Shown piece after piece: positions 13,165-26,533 of a DNA stretch of 64,000 nt. Both the position numbers and the translations under genes were made by a program. The notes beneath the pieces are model-generated. The model worked only from the letters and a program-made list of their open reading frames with translations, did not search any database and was not told where the DNA came from. Numbering within the stretch: the first letter of the stretch is position 1; each line of letters begins with the position of its first letter. The stretch covers positions 89,094,001-89,158,000 of the forward strand of contig NC_043006.1 of the NCBI RefSeq assembly GCF_006345805.1, written 5' to 3'. Source of the stretch: Octopus sinensis (taxonomy: Eukaryota).

Positions 13165-13204
13165 TATATATATATGCACACAGAGATAGCTTTGATACTT
13201 ATAT

Positions 13205-13910
<706 letters not shown>

Positions 13911-13917
13911 TTGATAT

Positions 13918-14460
13918 GGGCGCAGGCGTTATTGTGCTTCCCAGCCACATGGTTCTGGGTTTAGTCCCACTGCTTGGCACCCTGGTCAGATGTCTTCTAC
14001 TATAGTTTCGGCTTGACCAAAGCTTTCTGAGTAGATTTGGTAGACGAAAACTGAAAGGAGCTCGACCTATATAATGTGTGTACGTGTGTGTGTCTGCTTG
14101 TGCGTGTGCTGGTGTATGCTTTTGTGTCTATGTTTGTGTCTATGTTTGTCTCCCACTTCCGCTTGATAACCGGTCTTGGTGCATTTACATCTGTATTTAA
14201 CGAAGGAGACCGAATGAATAAGAACCAGACTTTAAAAAAAAAACAGCAAGAACTGGGGTTGATTAATTCAACCAAAACTTCTTCAAAGTGGTGCCCCAGT
14301 ATGGCCGCATTCATATGATCGATAGGCCAGAATAAGTGCTAGGCTTACAAAGAATAAGTCCTGAGGTCGATCTCTTCGACTAAAAAACTCTTTAAGATGG
14401 TACTCCAGCATGACATCAGTCAAATAACTGAAACACGTAAAAGAATAAAGGAATAAAAGA
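13918..14460 (+). mobile_element. SINE family B, diverged
   Basis: Same head, core and tail blocks as 8479-8900 and 10998-11436. Confidence 0.78.
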
Positions 14461-15180
14461 ACATAAAAATACGTGCACAAACACACACACATATATATAT
14501 AATGTATATATTTTTATACCTGCAGCCATGTATACATCTGCAGATATAAATTATATTTTCGAATCATTCACATGATATTCTATTTTCCTTTCATTGTTTA
14601 GCCTCTAGTAATCAATTATTTATTTATTGCTCAATGTAAGCCATAAGATGACAATTCCAGTCCCCGCTTAAACTTACTATTTTGTATTATACATCATATG
14701 TATCAATCTTTTTTTCTAAAACATACAATGAAATTTCAAATTTAGTTCGAATTAACTATTCTGCATTCTTGCTTTGTTTTATCTTTTTCTATCATTATCT
14801 TTCGACGCCATTTCTATATCTTTGTATCTTAATGATAAATCTCATGAACAATAAACAAATTTTAGCCAACGTTAAGTTTTTTCTAAGTTATCTATTGACA
14901 TTGTTTTACAGGAAATATGAAATAAAACAGACGGGCGATTACAGAAACATTGGTCCACGAAGGAGCTTGAATTCATTAACATTTATCAAACGAGGAACTT
15001 CATTCAAACTAATAAGATTTTGCTCAGTAAGGATAAATATTGAGCAGTCAAAATATTTTACCATATAGCTAGGTCCTGTCTCCTACCAAAAGTCAAAGAT
15101 TCTTCAGTCAGAGATAGTGACAAAAAGCTTCATAGATTTTAGTTCCTATTACAGAATGTAACTTAATACAATATCAGGCT

Positions 15181-15580
15181 AAAGTAGCGAATTGGCAGAA
15201 TCGTTTGCACGCCGGGCGAAATGTTTTGCGATATTTCGTCTGCCGCTGCGATCTGAGTTCAAATTCCGCCAGGTCGACTTTGCCTTTTATCCTTTCGGGG
15301 TCGATAAATTAAGTATCAGTTACACACTGGGGTCGATATAATCGACTTAATCCGTCTGTTTGTCCTTGTTTGTTGCCTCTGTGTTTAGCCCCTTGTGGGT
15401 AGTAAAGAAATAGGTATTTTATTCGTTTTTACGTTCTGAGTTCAAATTCCGCCGAGGTCGACTTCGCCTTTCGTCCTTTTCTTGTCGATACAATAAGTAC
15501 CACTTGAGCATTTTGGTCGATGTAATCGACTCACCCATCCCCGAAAATTGCTGGCCTTGTGCCAAAATTTGAAACCAATA
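15181..15580 (+). mobile_element. tRNA-derived SINE family A, dimeric form, diverged
   Basis: GCGAATTGGCAGAATCG...GCCGGGCGAAATG...GAGTTCAAATTCCGCC (B box), core GTCGACTTTGCC..ATCCTTTCGGGGTCGATAAA; the core occurs twice. Confidence 0.82.
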
Positions 15581-15854
15581 CAATATCAGATTTATCTAAT
15601 GAGAGCATGTAATTGTAGTTTTGGAACATTTACGTGTTTATTTCACCTCGTAATTATATTTCTCTTTTATCTTTTACTTGTTTCGGGTATTGGACTGCGG
15701 CCATGCTGGAGCAGTGCCTTGAATGTTTTAGTCGAAAAAATTTACCCTAGTACTTACGCTTTATATGCGTGTGCGTGTGTGTGTGTGTGAGTTTGTATGT
15801 GCGTGTATCACTGTCTCCTTCTGACTATTGAATGTTATTATATACCACTGACCG

Positions 15855-16040
15855 CAATGTGCTTCCTCACATTGTTGTAGCTTTCGACTGATGCCGTCCC
15901 AGTCCGTCGTAGGGTTACCCTTTTACAGCTAAGTAAGTGGGAGCAACACAAAATGAAGTATCTTTGTGCAAGAACGCAATGTCCCGCCGATTTGCGAATT
16001 GAAACCACGAACTTGAGAGTGCAACACCCTAACCAATAGG
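15855..16040 (-). mobile_element. Diverged tRNA-derived SINE fragment
   Basis: Reverse complement begins GCGCATGGCCTATTGGTTAGGGTGTTGCAC...GTGGTTTCAATTC (A- and B-box-like). Confidence 0.55.
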
Positions 16041-16383
16041 CCATGCGCGACGTGTGTGTGTGTGCGTGGAAAAGAATGACTACATAAACTCTGCTACTTG
16101 TATTAAATACTTGTTCGCCTGTGTTTGTTTATATGGCAGACATCAAGTTTCGATTACAAAACCTGATGATGATCAGTAGATTATGTTTGAAGTGTAGGTT
16201 ACTAAATTAATCGCTTTAATGTGTTCAATGATTATTAATTTCCAATTATTGGTCTCTGCCATATATCTGTGTACCATTTTCCCCCTGAAATTTTATAACC
16301 CACATGTAAGGGATGTCTCCTCCATTGTGAGATGATGAAAAACATCTCAAAATGGTAGTAATGGTGATAATCATATAACTGTA

Positions 16384-16435
16384 ATGATGATGATGATGAT
16401 GATGATGATGACGATGGTGGTAGTGGTGATGATGA

Positions 16436-16469
<34 letters not shown>

Positions 16470-16850
16470 GGTGGTGGTGATGATGATGGTGGTGGTGGTG
16501 GTGGTGGTGGTGGTGGTGGTGGTGGTGGTGGTGTTGGTGATGATGATGATGATGATAATGACGACGACGATGATAACGACGACGATAACGTGACGACGGC
16601 GAAAGAGGTGACTGTGGGAGTGCTGGCGGCCGTAGTGGTGATAGAGGTAATAGTGGAGATAGCGGCGTGTACAATGGTAGCGACAGCGGCACGGTGGGAA
16701 CGGTGGAGGCAGTGACAACGGCAGCGGCAACAACGGTTGAAACAGCAATAACAGTGGCATCGGTGGCAGCGGTGGCAATGGCGACGATGGTGGCAACAAC
16801 AACAGCAGCAGTGCAACAATGGTAACGGTGACAGCAGCAACAGTGGAGGC
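16384..16850. repeat. Compound trinucleotide tract (ATG/GTG/ACG/CAG-like)
   Basis: Direct inspection; source of the poly-H, poly-P, poly-S and poly-V ORFs. Confidence 0.93.
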
Positions 16851-17230
16851 ACAATGGCCCAGTGTTTAGGGCAGCGGACACGCGGTCGTAAGAACACGGT
16901 TTCGATTCCAAGACCGGGCATTGTGAGTGTTTATTGAGCAAAAACACCTAAGCTCCACGATGCCCCGGCGAGGAGGGAACCCCGCTGTACTCTTTCACTA
17001 CAATTTTCTCTCACACTTTCTTCCTACTTTGCCACAAAGCAGGGGAACCATGCTGTAACCCACTATGGTGTGGTAAACTTTCAGACCCTAGTCTAGATTG
17101 CTAATCCTCTATACCCCAGGATGGTTCAGCTCTCCACCCGTTAAAAGCCACCGTCTACGGAATGAGGATAACAACGTAGCTTTCGCGCCCGTGCAACCGG
17201 CAGTCTATCGCGTGTGGTGAGTGGATCTTC
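16843..17230 (+). mobile_element. tRNA-derived SINE family C
   Basis: GTGGAGGCACAATGGCCCAGTGTTTAGGGCAGCGGAC...GGTTTCGATTCC head, then AAAACACCTAAGCTCCACGA. Related copies at 17795-18085 and 40600-40960. Confidence 0.78.
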
Positions 17231-17313
17231 AAGTTGACACACGCATTCTTAGTAGCTTAGGGTAGGCTCGAATTAGAGATTATTCCTGGTGGCTAATGAC
17301 GTGAGTCCTGATT

Positions 17314-17490
17314 AGAAGAAGAAGAAGAAGAAGAAGAAGAAGAAGAAGAAGAAGAAGAAGAAGAAGAAGGAGAAGAAGAAGAAGAAGAAGAAGAAGAAGA
17401 AGAAGAAGCTGCAGCTGCGGTATGGTGCCAGTTGGATGATGATGATGATGATGATGAGGGGGGAGGGGAGGAGGAGGAGGAGGAGGAGTG
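17314..17490. repeat. (GAA)n, (GAT)n and (GAG)n tracts
   Basis: Direct inspection. Confidence 0.95.
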
Positions 17491-17794
17491 ATATAATTCG
17501 TGCAACGTTTCAGATTAACTCTGAGACAATATGTACAGCTGCGTGTCTGAGTCTCCAGCTCTATATGTGAGAGAGAGTGAATGTGTATGCGACTGTGAAA
17601 GAAAAACAGAAGAGAAACAGAGGAAAAGAAGAGTGCTTGTGCCTGGTTGCGCGAGTGGAGCGTGAATTTGTGCATGTGTGCGTGAATATGTATGTGTATC
17701 TTTGCGTCCATGTTTGTTTCCCATCACCACTTGACAATCGGCGTTGGTATGTTTACGTCCTCGTAACTTAGTGTTTCGGTAAAAAGGAGGATCC

Positions 17795-18085
17795 TATGTT
17801 CCTTCTCGAGCCACGTCTGGCTCATAGGGCCGGTTTCCCAGTTTCCTTGGCGTATAGGTTCCCCACCTGGACGGGACGCCAGTCCGTCGCAGGTGAGCTG
17901 CAAGATGCAAGAGAAAAGAGTGAGAGAAAGTTGTGGCGAAAGAGTCAGCAGAAGTACGCCATTACCTTCTGCCGGAGCCGCATGGAGCTTAGGTGTTTCG
18001 CTCATAAACACAAACACATCGCCCAGTCTGAGATTCGAACCCGCGCTCCCTCGACCGCCAGTCCGCTGCTGTAACCACTAGGCAT
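17795..18085 (-). mobile_element. SINE family C
   Basis: Reverse complement of the head and body at 16843 (GAGATTCGAACCCGCG...GTCCGCTGC..TAACCACTAGGC). Confidence 0.75.
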
Positions 18086-18629
18086 CCCACTAAAAAAAAA
18101 AGGAAGGCTAGAATATTATAATTTCATTGAGATAAACATATAAGAATCTTGAGTATTAAATAAATGAACAATTTTAAATTGAAATTTTTTAGAGATAAAA
18201 TTGCTAATGAAATATGAATGACTTTCAAGCAGATATCGCAGGAAGGAGTAAAATAAAATTTGTTCCTAAGTAAAAATTGGAAGCTTGACATATGACACGT
18301 ATGTGGTTTCGAATGAATGATTAAAGGGATAATAAGAGTAAAATATTGTAAATACTACCGGGAAATAAAAAATTATGAAGACTAATGCATAAGATTGTTT
18401 TAAATAATGCAACTGGAATTGTAGGTATTGAGTAAATAAAATTGACACTAGAGATTACAAAAACAAAAGTATGTGTTCAGTCTAATTTTAAGGCACTTAC
18501 AGATATTTTAGAGGACCAAGTTCAAGAACACAATTGATTCCTCCATTTGTTAGAATGGAGCGATAACACGTTGAAGTTCAGACAACAAAAATGGCGAGCC
18601 TTTACTTTTATTCAATATTTTTTGTCTTT

Positions 18630-20140
18630 AGCCGCCGAGGTCAAATTTGCCTTTCATCCCTTCGGAGTCGATAAATTAAGTACCAGTCGCGTACTGGTGT
18701 CGATTTAATCGACTGGCCTCCTCCCAAAAAATGTCAGGCCTTTGTCTTTAAGGCGGCTAGCTGGCAGAAGCGTTAGCACGCTGGGCGAAATGCTTAGCGA
18801 TATTTCGTCTTTCGTCTGCCGTTGCGTTCTGAGTTCAAATTCCGCCGAGGTCGACTTTGCCTTTCATCCTTTCGGGGTCGATTAAATAAGTACCAGTAAC
18901 GCACTGGGGTCGATATAGTCGACTTAATCCGTTTGTCTGTCCTTGTTTGTCCTCTCTGTGTTTAGCCCCTTGTGGGTAGTAAAGAAATAGGTATTTCGTC
19001 TGTCTTTTCGCTCTGAGTTCAAATTCCAACGAGGTCGACTTTGCCTTTCATTCTTTCCGGGGTCGATAAATTAAGTACCAGTCGCATACTGGGGTCGATC
19101 TAATTGACTGGACCCCTCCCCAAAAATTTGGTGCCTTGAGTCTAGAGTAGAAAAAAATATTTCAAAAACATTCTGTTTAATTCTTTCTTTAAATGCGGCG
19201 AGCTGGCAGAAACGTTAGCACGCCGGGCGAAATGCTTAGAAGTATTTCGTCTGCCGTTATGTTCTGAGTTCAAATTCCGCCGAGGTCGACTTTGCCTTTC
19301 ATCCTTTCGGGATCGTTAAACTAAGTACCAGTTACGCACTAGGGTCGATGTAATCGACTTAATCCCTTTGTCTGTCCTTATTTGTCCCCTCTATGTTTAG
19401 CTCCTTGTGAGCAATAAAGAAATAAGAAACGTTTGCACGTCGGGCGAAATGCTTAGCGGTATTTCGCCTGCCGTTACGTTGTGAGTTCAAATTCCGCCGA
19501 GGTCGACTTTGCCTTTCATCCTTTCGGGGTCGATAAATTAAGTACCAGTTACGCACTGGGGTCGATGTAATCGGCGGCGAGCTGGCAGAAACGTTAGCAC
19601 GCCGGGCGAAATGCTTAGCGGTATTTCGCCTGCCGTTACGTTGTGAGTTCAAATTCCGCCGAGGTCGACTTTGCCTTTCATCCTTTCGGGGTCGATAAAT
19701 TAAGTACCAGTTACGCACTGGGGTCGATGTAATCGACTTAATACCTATGTCTGTCCTTGTTTGTCCGCTCTGTGTTTAGCCCCTTGTGGGTAATAAAGAA
19801 ATAGGTATTTCGTCTGCCGATACGTTCTGAGTTCAATTTCCGCCGAGGTCGACTTTGCCTTTTATCCTTTCGGGGTCGATTAAATAAGTACCATTTACGC
19901 ACTAGGGTCGATATAATCGACTTAATCCGTTTGTCTGTCCTTGTTTGTCCACTCTGTGTTTAGCCCCTTGTGGGCAGTAAAGAAATAGGTATTTCGTCTG
20001 TCTTTATGTTCTGAGTTACGAGGTCGGCTTTGCCTTTCATCCTTTCGGGATCGATAAATTAAGTACCAGTTGCGTACTAGGGTCGACTGCCCCCCCTCCC
20101 CAAACATTTCGGGCCTTGTGTCTAGTGTAGAAAAGAATAT
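18630..20140 (+). mobile_element. Cluster of about 8 head-to-tail SINE family A monomers
   Basis: Repeated GTCGACTTTGCCTTTCATCCTTTCGGGGTCGA core; full heads at 18751, about 19195 and about 19575; internal restarts at TATTTCGTCTG. Confidence 0.9.
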
Positions 20141-20159
20141 TTTTTGTCTTTAGGCAAAA

Positions 20160-20880
20160 TCGCGAACAACTCTTGTTCTTGTATGTGGACAATTTACCAA
20201 AGCTGCTACAGGCAGCTACAATTTCAACAGACAGAGGATGGATGAAATTACTGGACAAAAGTTGAAAGACATGAAAAGTGAAGGTTACCTCTTTGATGAT
20301 ATTATACAGAATATACCATTTCCTCTTAAAATTTGTATTACTATGGAAATAAACTATCCTAGACGAGTTAAAATGGGAATTGGCAAAGATACATACCAAC
20401 AGGCAGCAGGAAACCATAACAGGCATGTGTACGTCATGACCACAGGTACAATAATTTCTACTATCGACAAACGATTTTATCAGGCATGTTACGTAGTACA
20501 TTCAATGGAGATTTTGCTTCAAAATGTGATCAACAAAAAGAATACATCATCAGAAATCAATATTATTAAGGAAAGACACACTGGTGATGACATTAATTCT
20601 TTGATACTGCAACTTCCGGTATTTGAAGTTTCTATATGAATGGTCTTTGTCGTTTGGCTGACTTCGTAGTCCGTTAGAATAAAGAAACAGCCGGTGGCAA
20701 ACACCTAATATCAGAGATTTGTAAAATCTGCTGACTTTTACTGGTAATTCCTACAACATCTGCTGCAGCTGAACGAAAATTTTCTTTTGCAAAACTATTA
20801 AAGACATGTCTTCGGTCAAGAATGCCATGAGAGAAATTAAATTTTCTGGCTATAGCTTCGTACAAAAGAATTACTAAATA
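20160..20880 (+). mobile_element. hAT-superfamily transposase relic (C-terminal region and hATC dimerisation domain)
   Basis: TIDKRFYQACYVVHSMEILL...TGDDIN, then ISEICKIC*LLLVIPTTSAAAERKFSFAKLLKTCLRSRMP*EKLNFLAI, matching the hATC P-x-TS-x-x-x-ER-x-FS...K-x-x-LRS-x-M pattern. Confidence 0.82.
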
Positions 20881-20924
20881 AATCTAATTGAAGCTGCAGT
20901 AAAATTTGCTCCACAAAATGATAA

Positions 20925-20928
20925 TATA

Positions 20929-20959
<31 letters not shown>

Positions 20960-21085
20960 AAGAGAGAGAGAGAAGAAGAAGAAGAAGAAGAAGAAGAAGA
21001 AGAAAAGAAGAAGAAGAAGAAGAAGAAGAAGAAGAAGAAGGATAGATAGATAGATAGATAGATGATAGATAGATAGATAGATATT
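20925..21085. repeat. Compound (TG)n/(GA)n/(GAA)n/(GATA)n microsatellite
   Basis: Direct inspection. Confidence 0.93.
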
Positions 21086-22089
21086 AGTAGGAGCTATACA
21101 CGGCGTTAGATAAAGTGACGAAATGTTTTAGTAAATGCATATTTTTATATGGCGACTAAATACTGTGATTAGATCACATATTTTTCTTCTGGTTGCTATC
21201 GACCTGACTAGTTTCAATTATGTTATGGCTTCATCAGGACTGGTTATTTCTCTTTGGTCACAGAGAAAATAGCAGATTATAGTCATTTATCATAATGACA
21301 AACTCGAATAGAACTAAATTGGCTATTTCTAATTTGCATAACATTGAAAGTGCTGATCAATATGATTAATTAATTAATAGAAGCATTAAACGACGTTAGG
21401 ATAAATGTGTGTTTGCTAAAAGCACATGATCATAAGCTTAACTTACATCTCTTTCCCTCCCTCTCTTTCTCTCTCTCTCACTTTCTCTCTCTCTATCTAT
21501 CTATCTTGCTAGCTAGCTATCTTCCTCTTGCTTAATCTGTCTTCCTCCCTATCTACTTATGTGACAATCTGTCTTGTTAGTTAGCTGTGTGTCTATCTGC
21601 CTCTGTCTCGTTCCCTCCTGCTCTCCCTCTCTCTTTATGTATATATGGGTGTATGTATAAGTAGACAGGTTTCTGCACAGCTTTCATCAGAGAAATTCCA
21701 TTCACAAAGTATGGGTCAGCAGTAGAATTTAGTAAAAGTCGTTTGCCCAACACAACGTAGTTATGAATAAATATACGAACATAAAAGCAACGAAACAAAT
21801 GTTCTGACAGATAAGTAGGACGATTGAATCGACTAGTTTTGTCTCTCAAATCTTATGTGGTTTATCCGCAGATTCCATTTTCACAGCAATACTAAATATG
21901 ACTAACTATAAAAAAATGTATTCATGAGTGAATGGTCAAATGTGCATTTAACTACGTATATGTATGTATGTATGTATGTATGAATGTATGTATGTATGTA
22001 TGTATGTATGTATGCCGTGTGTATATGTGTGAGCCTGTATACAATGTGGTGTAAAGGCATCATCTCGTGACATAAATTTCTTCTGTTAA

Positions 22090-22500
22090 AAGGCATGGCT
22101 GTATGGTAAGAAGCTTGCTTCACAACCACATGATTCTGTGTTCAGTCCCACTGCGTGGCACCTTGGACAAGTGTCTTCTTCTATAGCCTCGGGCCGAACA
22201 AAACTTTGTGATGAGATTTGGTAGACAGAAACTGAAAGAAGCTTGTTATATGTATATGTGTGTATGTGTATGCGTGTGTCTTTGTGTTTGTGTTTGTTCA
22301 CCCCACCATCGCTTGACAACCGATATTGGTGTGTTTATGTTCCCATAACCTAACGGTTCGGCAAAAGAGACGATAGAATAAGTACTAGGCCTATAAAGAA
22401 TAAATACTGGGGTCGATTTCTTCGACTAAAACCCTTTTGAGATGGTTCTCCAGCAAGGCCACAGTTAAATTACTGAAACTAGTGAAATAATAAAAGAATA
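22090..22500 (+). mobile_element. SINE family B
   Basis: GGCATGGCTGTATGGTAAGAAGCTTGC...GTTCAGTCCCACTGCGTGGCACCTTGGACAAGTGTCTT, plus the family tail. Confidence 0.85.
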
Positions 22501-22716
22501 TCATAGCCTTAAACATTCAACTATCGAGAACGATGACGTGTGAGGGCTAGAATTCCCTTCTCGAACTGCCAGGTTAACAAACAACCCCTGGTGATTTCAT
22601 GTGCGTATGTGCATACCAACGAGTATATACCAAGGTGTGTATGTCTATGTGTATATGATTCTGTGTTTGTATAACTGCGTTTATACCCTTGTATGTAAAA
22701 ATTTGCTAACCATTAA

Positions 22717-22930
22717 GTCGGCGAGCTGGTAGAAACCAGGTGAAATGCGAATCCGGATTTCGTCTGTCGTTACCTTCCGAGTTCAAATTCCGCCGAGGTA
22801 GACTTTGCCTTTTGGGGTCGATAAATTAAGTACCAGTTGCGCACTGGGGTCGATGTAATCGACTTAATCCTTTTGTCTGTCCTTGTTTGTCCCCTCTGTG
22901 TTTAGCCCCTTGTGGGTAGTAAAGAAAAAA
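22717..22930 (+). mobile_element. SINE family A monomer
   Basis: GGCGAGCTGGTAGAAAC...GAGTTCAAATTCCGCCGAGG...AGCCCCTTGTGGGTAGTAAAGAAA. Confidence 0.85.
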
Positions 22931-23845
22931 CATTTGTTAACCATCACTCTGTGTTTGTCAAGGAAATTTTATGGAAGAATACAGTAGCTATTTCCCTTCC
23001 CTTTCTTCAGATTTTTTTTTCATTATTTTGCAAGACACCAAGATACCATTTTGTCAGCTACAACCAGTCCTGATAAGAGTGAAGAAGAGAAGGAAAGAAA
23101 ATTGATAGCAAAAAGATAGAAGTTAAAGTTGACGACAATGGAACTTGAACTCAGAGCACAGAAATAGCTACAACAAAAGAATATACCTAACTATGCAGAA
23201 GACTCTTGCAACTAGCCACTATTGTCTAAAACCGGATTATGGAAAATATTTAACAAAGAATCACCCGCCAAAATTGATAATGTTACATTAGGATTTTTTT
23301 TTAATATGATTCATTTTCGTAAAAAGTAGAATACATTCTGATTGTTCCCAATGTTGGTTTTAAAAAAAAGATTAAAAGTACATTATTTCAGTGTTAGGTT
23401 AGTGTTCTATTGTTTAGACATCATGTACAAGGAAATATGACTGTCAAATAATTATGATGGACAGTTTTACATAAGTATTTTCCTGCATCGGATTCTAGCT
23501 TATTGTTCTTTTATGAAGAATAGATTAGACTTTACAAGTAACGGAAGAGTATGATATATAATATTGATTTCGTATTACCTAGACCCTAAATGTAAAGGGC
23601 AGATAATTAAAATTGTGTGGTACTTTTAGCTTTATTATGTTTATAACTTCTGAAAAATTGTGTGTTGTTTATTACGAATATATTGCCATGTTTATAACTT
23701 TGTTACATTCATGTCTTCTGTTAAACCTTATGATGCTTGGTCTTTCATGTGTCAGATTTTAAATTTTTCCTCAAGTGTTTATATATTTGTGTGTGTGTGT
23801 GTGTGTGTGTACATTCATATATATATATATATATGTAAATATATA

Positions 23846-24097
23846 CAAGGGGAGCAAAAGTAAGTATACAGTAAGTATAAGTATCACATCAATGTTATGA
23901 TATTTGATTCATTAAAATTATTAGCACATTAAATTAGTTAATCGCATTTTTGATATTTTCAGTGCCATTAGTCATTATAATACATTTATCATAACTATAA
24001 TAATACTTTCATCGTAACTTTTAATTTTTTTGAAAAAAATGAATGAGTATTGTACGTGTTTTCTTTTTTTCATAACTGTATATCTACTTTTGCACAC

Positions 24098-24101
<4 letters not shown>
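23846..24101. mobile_element. Tc1/mariner-type MITE
   Basis: Imperfect TIRs CAAGGGGAGCAAAAGTAAGTATACAGT and ACTGTATATCTACTTTTGCACACTGTG, embedded in TA runs. Confidence 0.6.
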
Positions 24102-24173
<72 letters not shown>

Positions 24174-24440
24174 CACATATATATATATATAGTTGTGTGT
24201 GTGAAATTTTTATTTCCATGGGTCTGAATCAAATTGTTTTAAATAATATATATATATATATATATAATAATAAATATTAGGGAATAAATCCAAATTTACA
24301 GGGAAAAATCAGATTTAGGATTGAATCCAATTTTATAGTAAAATATTATATAATATTAATTAGAGACAAAACCACTATTTTGCAAATCAAACAAAGAAAT
24401 CCAATACATAAAAAAATTTAATATAAATTAAATAAAATTA

Positions 24441-24495
24441 AATTCGCCACTACAACTGTTTCGTGTCTCTTCTAAGGACATTCATCAGGTGGATC
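24441..24495 (-). ncRNA. Type I hammerhead ribozyme (left arm)
   Basis: Reverse complement: CCAC-CTGATGA-A-TGTC(cttagaaga)GACA-C-GAAAC-AGTT-GTA-GTGG. Confidence 0.7.
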
Positions 24496-25580
24496 TCAGA
24501 TCTAAAAATAATCAACATTTTTTTTCTCCTTATGTTAATCTTGTTGTTTATGTAGTGTTCTATTTATCGTACTTTTCTTTGTTATTAATTATTAAATAAT
24601 TTAGACATACTTTGATAAATAGATAGGTTCGTTTTTAAATGGTTTAGGTTATGTTTAATAATAGAATAATTCTATATAAGTTATTATTCACATTCATAAA
24701 TTTGTTTTAGAGTGGTGTTGGGGTTTTTAATAGTATATTGCTGAGTAGGGAATGTTACTGTATGTATGTGGCTGAGTGTATGTATCTGCTGAATTTGTTA
24801 CTCCTCTGTGTTGAGTGGCGGTAGGAGTGCGGTTGTATGTGAGTGATTGTGTGTGAGTGTGTGTGGGTGTGCATTGTTTATGTGTAGAAATGTTGTTTTC
24901 TTTTGAGTGTTTATGTATGTGTGAATGTGTGTGTGTGTGTTTGTTTGCGTATTTGTGTATGTTTGTTGCATGCATGTGGTATTTGGAATATGTGTGTGTG
25001 TGTGTTTGTTTTAAGTATTTATGTATGGTTGTTGTATATATGTGGTATATGGTATTTGGTAGTTTCTTGCTAAGAATGAAATGTTTATGTTGTTGTGGTT
25101 GAGTATATGCGGCTGCTGGATGTGTGGTTGTCATGCAGAGTGAGTGTGTTTATGAATGAGGGTTGTATGTGTGTGTGTGGGAGTATGAATAAGTAATGTG
25201 TAGAAGTATACGGCTACTTTATTAATTTATCGTTGCCTAGATGTTTATGTGTATGTATAGAGATATATATATGGGTGTGAGTTAGTGTATGTATTTAGAT
25301 ATGTTTTATAATACTTAGATATATGTGTATGAGCATGTGTGTATATATATTTTATTTTTATTTTTGTTTTTTGAAATTAGATTCTTCATCTTTAAATATG
25401 AGAACTTAAATACTAGGTTTCTTTATATTCAATTGTTTATAGAGGTTATTTTAGTTCTTGATTATATATAGATTATATATAGATTATATATATATATTTT
25501 TTCATTGATGAATTTATATTATTTATAGTTTTAGTCATTTTAAATTTATATCTTTAAAATATTGATTATTTTTAGATCTG

Positions 25581-25637
25581 AAATCCACCTGATGAATGTC
25601 CTTAGAAGAGACACGAAACAATTGTAGTGGCGAATTT
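25581..25637 (+). ncRNA. Type I hammerhead ribozyme (right arm)
   Basis: AAATCCAC-CTGATGA (25589-25595)-A-TGTC/GACA-C-GAAAC (25615-25619)-AATT-GTA-GTGG; palindromic stem III ACAATTGT; cleavage predicted after 25626. Confidence 0.8.
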
Positions 25638-25724
25638 AATTTTATTTAATTTATATTAAATTTTTTTATGTATTGGATTAAGTCTTTCTTCGTTTGATTT
25701 GCAAAATAGTGGTTTTGTCTCTAA

Positions 25725-25771
<47 letters not shown>

Positions 25772-25772
25772 A

Positions 25773-25819
<47 letters not shown>

Positions 25820-26210
25820 TATATACAATTTAATAAATAAAACATATGCATACATACATATATGTACATACCTACATTTATATGTATATATACGCCCTTA
25901 CCTTCGAAACACGCATTGAGTCGGAACAGGGGCAGCTGAAGAAGGGGGACGTTCCTTGTGTTGTTTGTCTTGTACTCTGTTTTTCGTTGTTAAAAAAAAA
26001 GTCCGTTTCCTTGTTTGTTTTTATGTTTTCGTTTCTCGTTGTGTTCTACGTTTATTTGTGGTGTCCTGTACTCATATATGCATGTATATATACATATAGA
26101 TGTAGGTATGTACATATATGTATGTATGTATGCATATGTTTTATTTATTATATTGTTATTATATGACTGAACGCTCGCGTCGTTTTCGCCTTCTTCCAAG
26201 TAAGTTTTAT

Positions 26211-26252
<42 letters not shown>

Positions 26253-26483
26253 GCACGGACTTTGTCAGTGATGCAGCACGGACTTTGTCAGTGAACAGGT
26301 CGCGGATTTTAGCGACGAAAATATTTTGACAAATTAAACTTAAATGTTGAAGTGAATCGAACGGCTTTTGTGTGTTTCTTAAATGGCTTATAAACACCTT
26401 CCACGCTGCAATGTTTTCGTTTCAGCACACGATCTCAGATCAAATTACTTGCTATGCGAGTACATCTCCGTAATATATATATA

Positions 26484-26533
<50 letters not shown>

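Larger units (their letters stand above)
24348..25735. mobile_element. Non-coding element with inverted arms of about 170 bp, each containing a hammerhead, and a GT-rich low-complexity interior
   Basis: 24348-24515 is the reverse complement of about 25562-25735, with a 7-bp indel and a few substitutions. Confidence 0.8.

Noticed and set aside
14682-15068. 128-aa hydrophobic ORF
   Set aside because: AT-rich composition explains it; there is no ATG start, motif or splice evidence.
16235-16947. Long ORFs with poly-His, poly-Pro and poly-Ser runs
   Set aside because: They are translations of a compound trinucleotide microsatellite, open in several frames on both strands, with no domain content.
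18630-20140. Regularly recurring motif that could resemble a CRISPR array
   Set aside because: The intervening sequences are homologous SINE parts rather than unique spacers, there are no cas genes, and the context is eukaryotic.
21190-21245. Minus-strand CTGATGA...GAAAC...GTC motif
   Set aside because: There is no stem II pairing and stem I is poor; at best a very old relic.
25890-25955. GAAAC followed by CTGAAGA, a possible permuted (type II) hammerhead
   Set aside because: Stem I cannot form (GGAAC versus GGCAG) and stem III is weak.
26248-26293. 23-bp tandem duplication at the edge of an unidentified repeat (26250-26480)
   Set aside because: It is most simply a local slippage duplication; I could not assign the repeat or find a ribozyme core in it.
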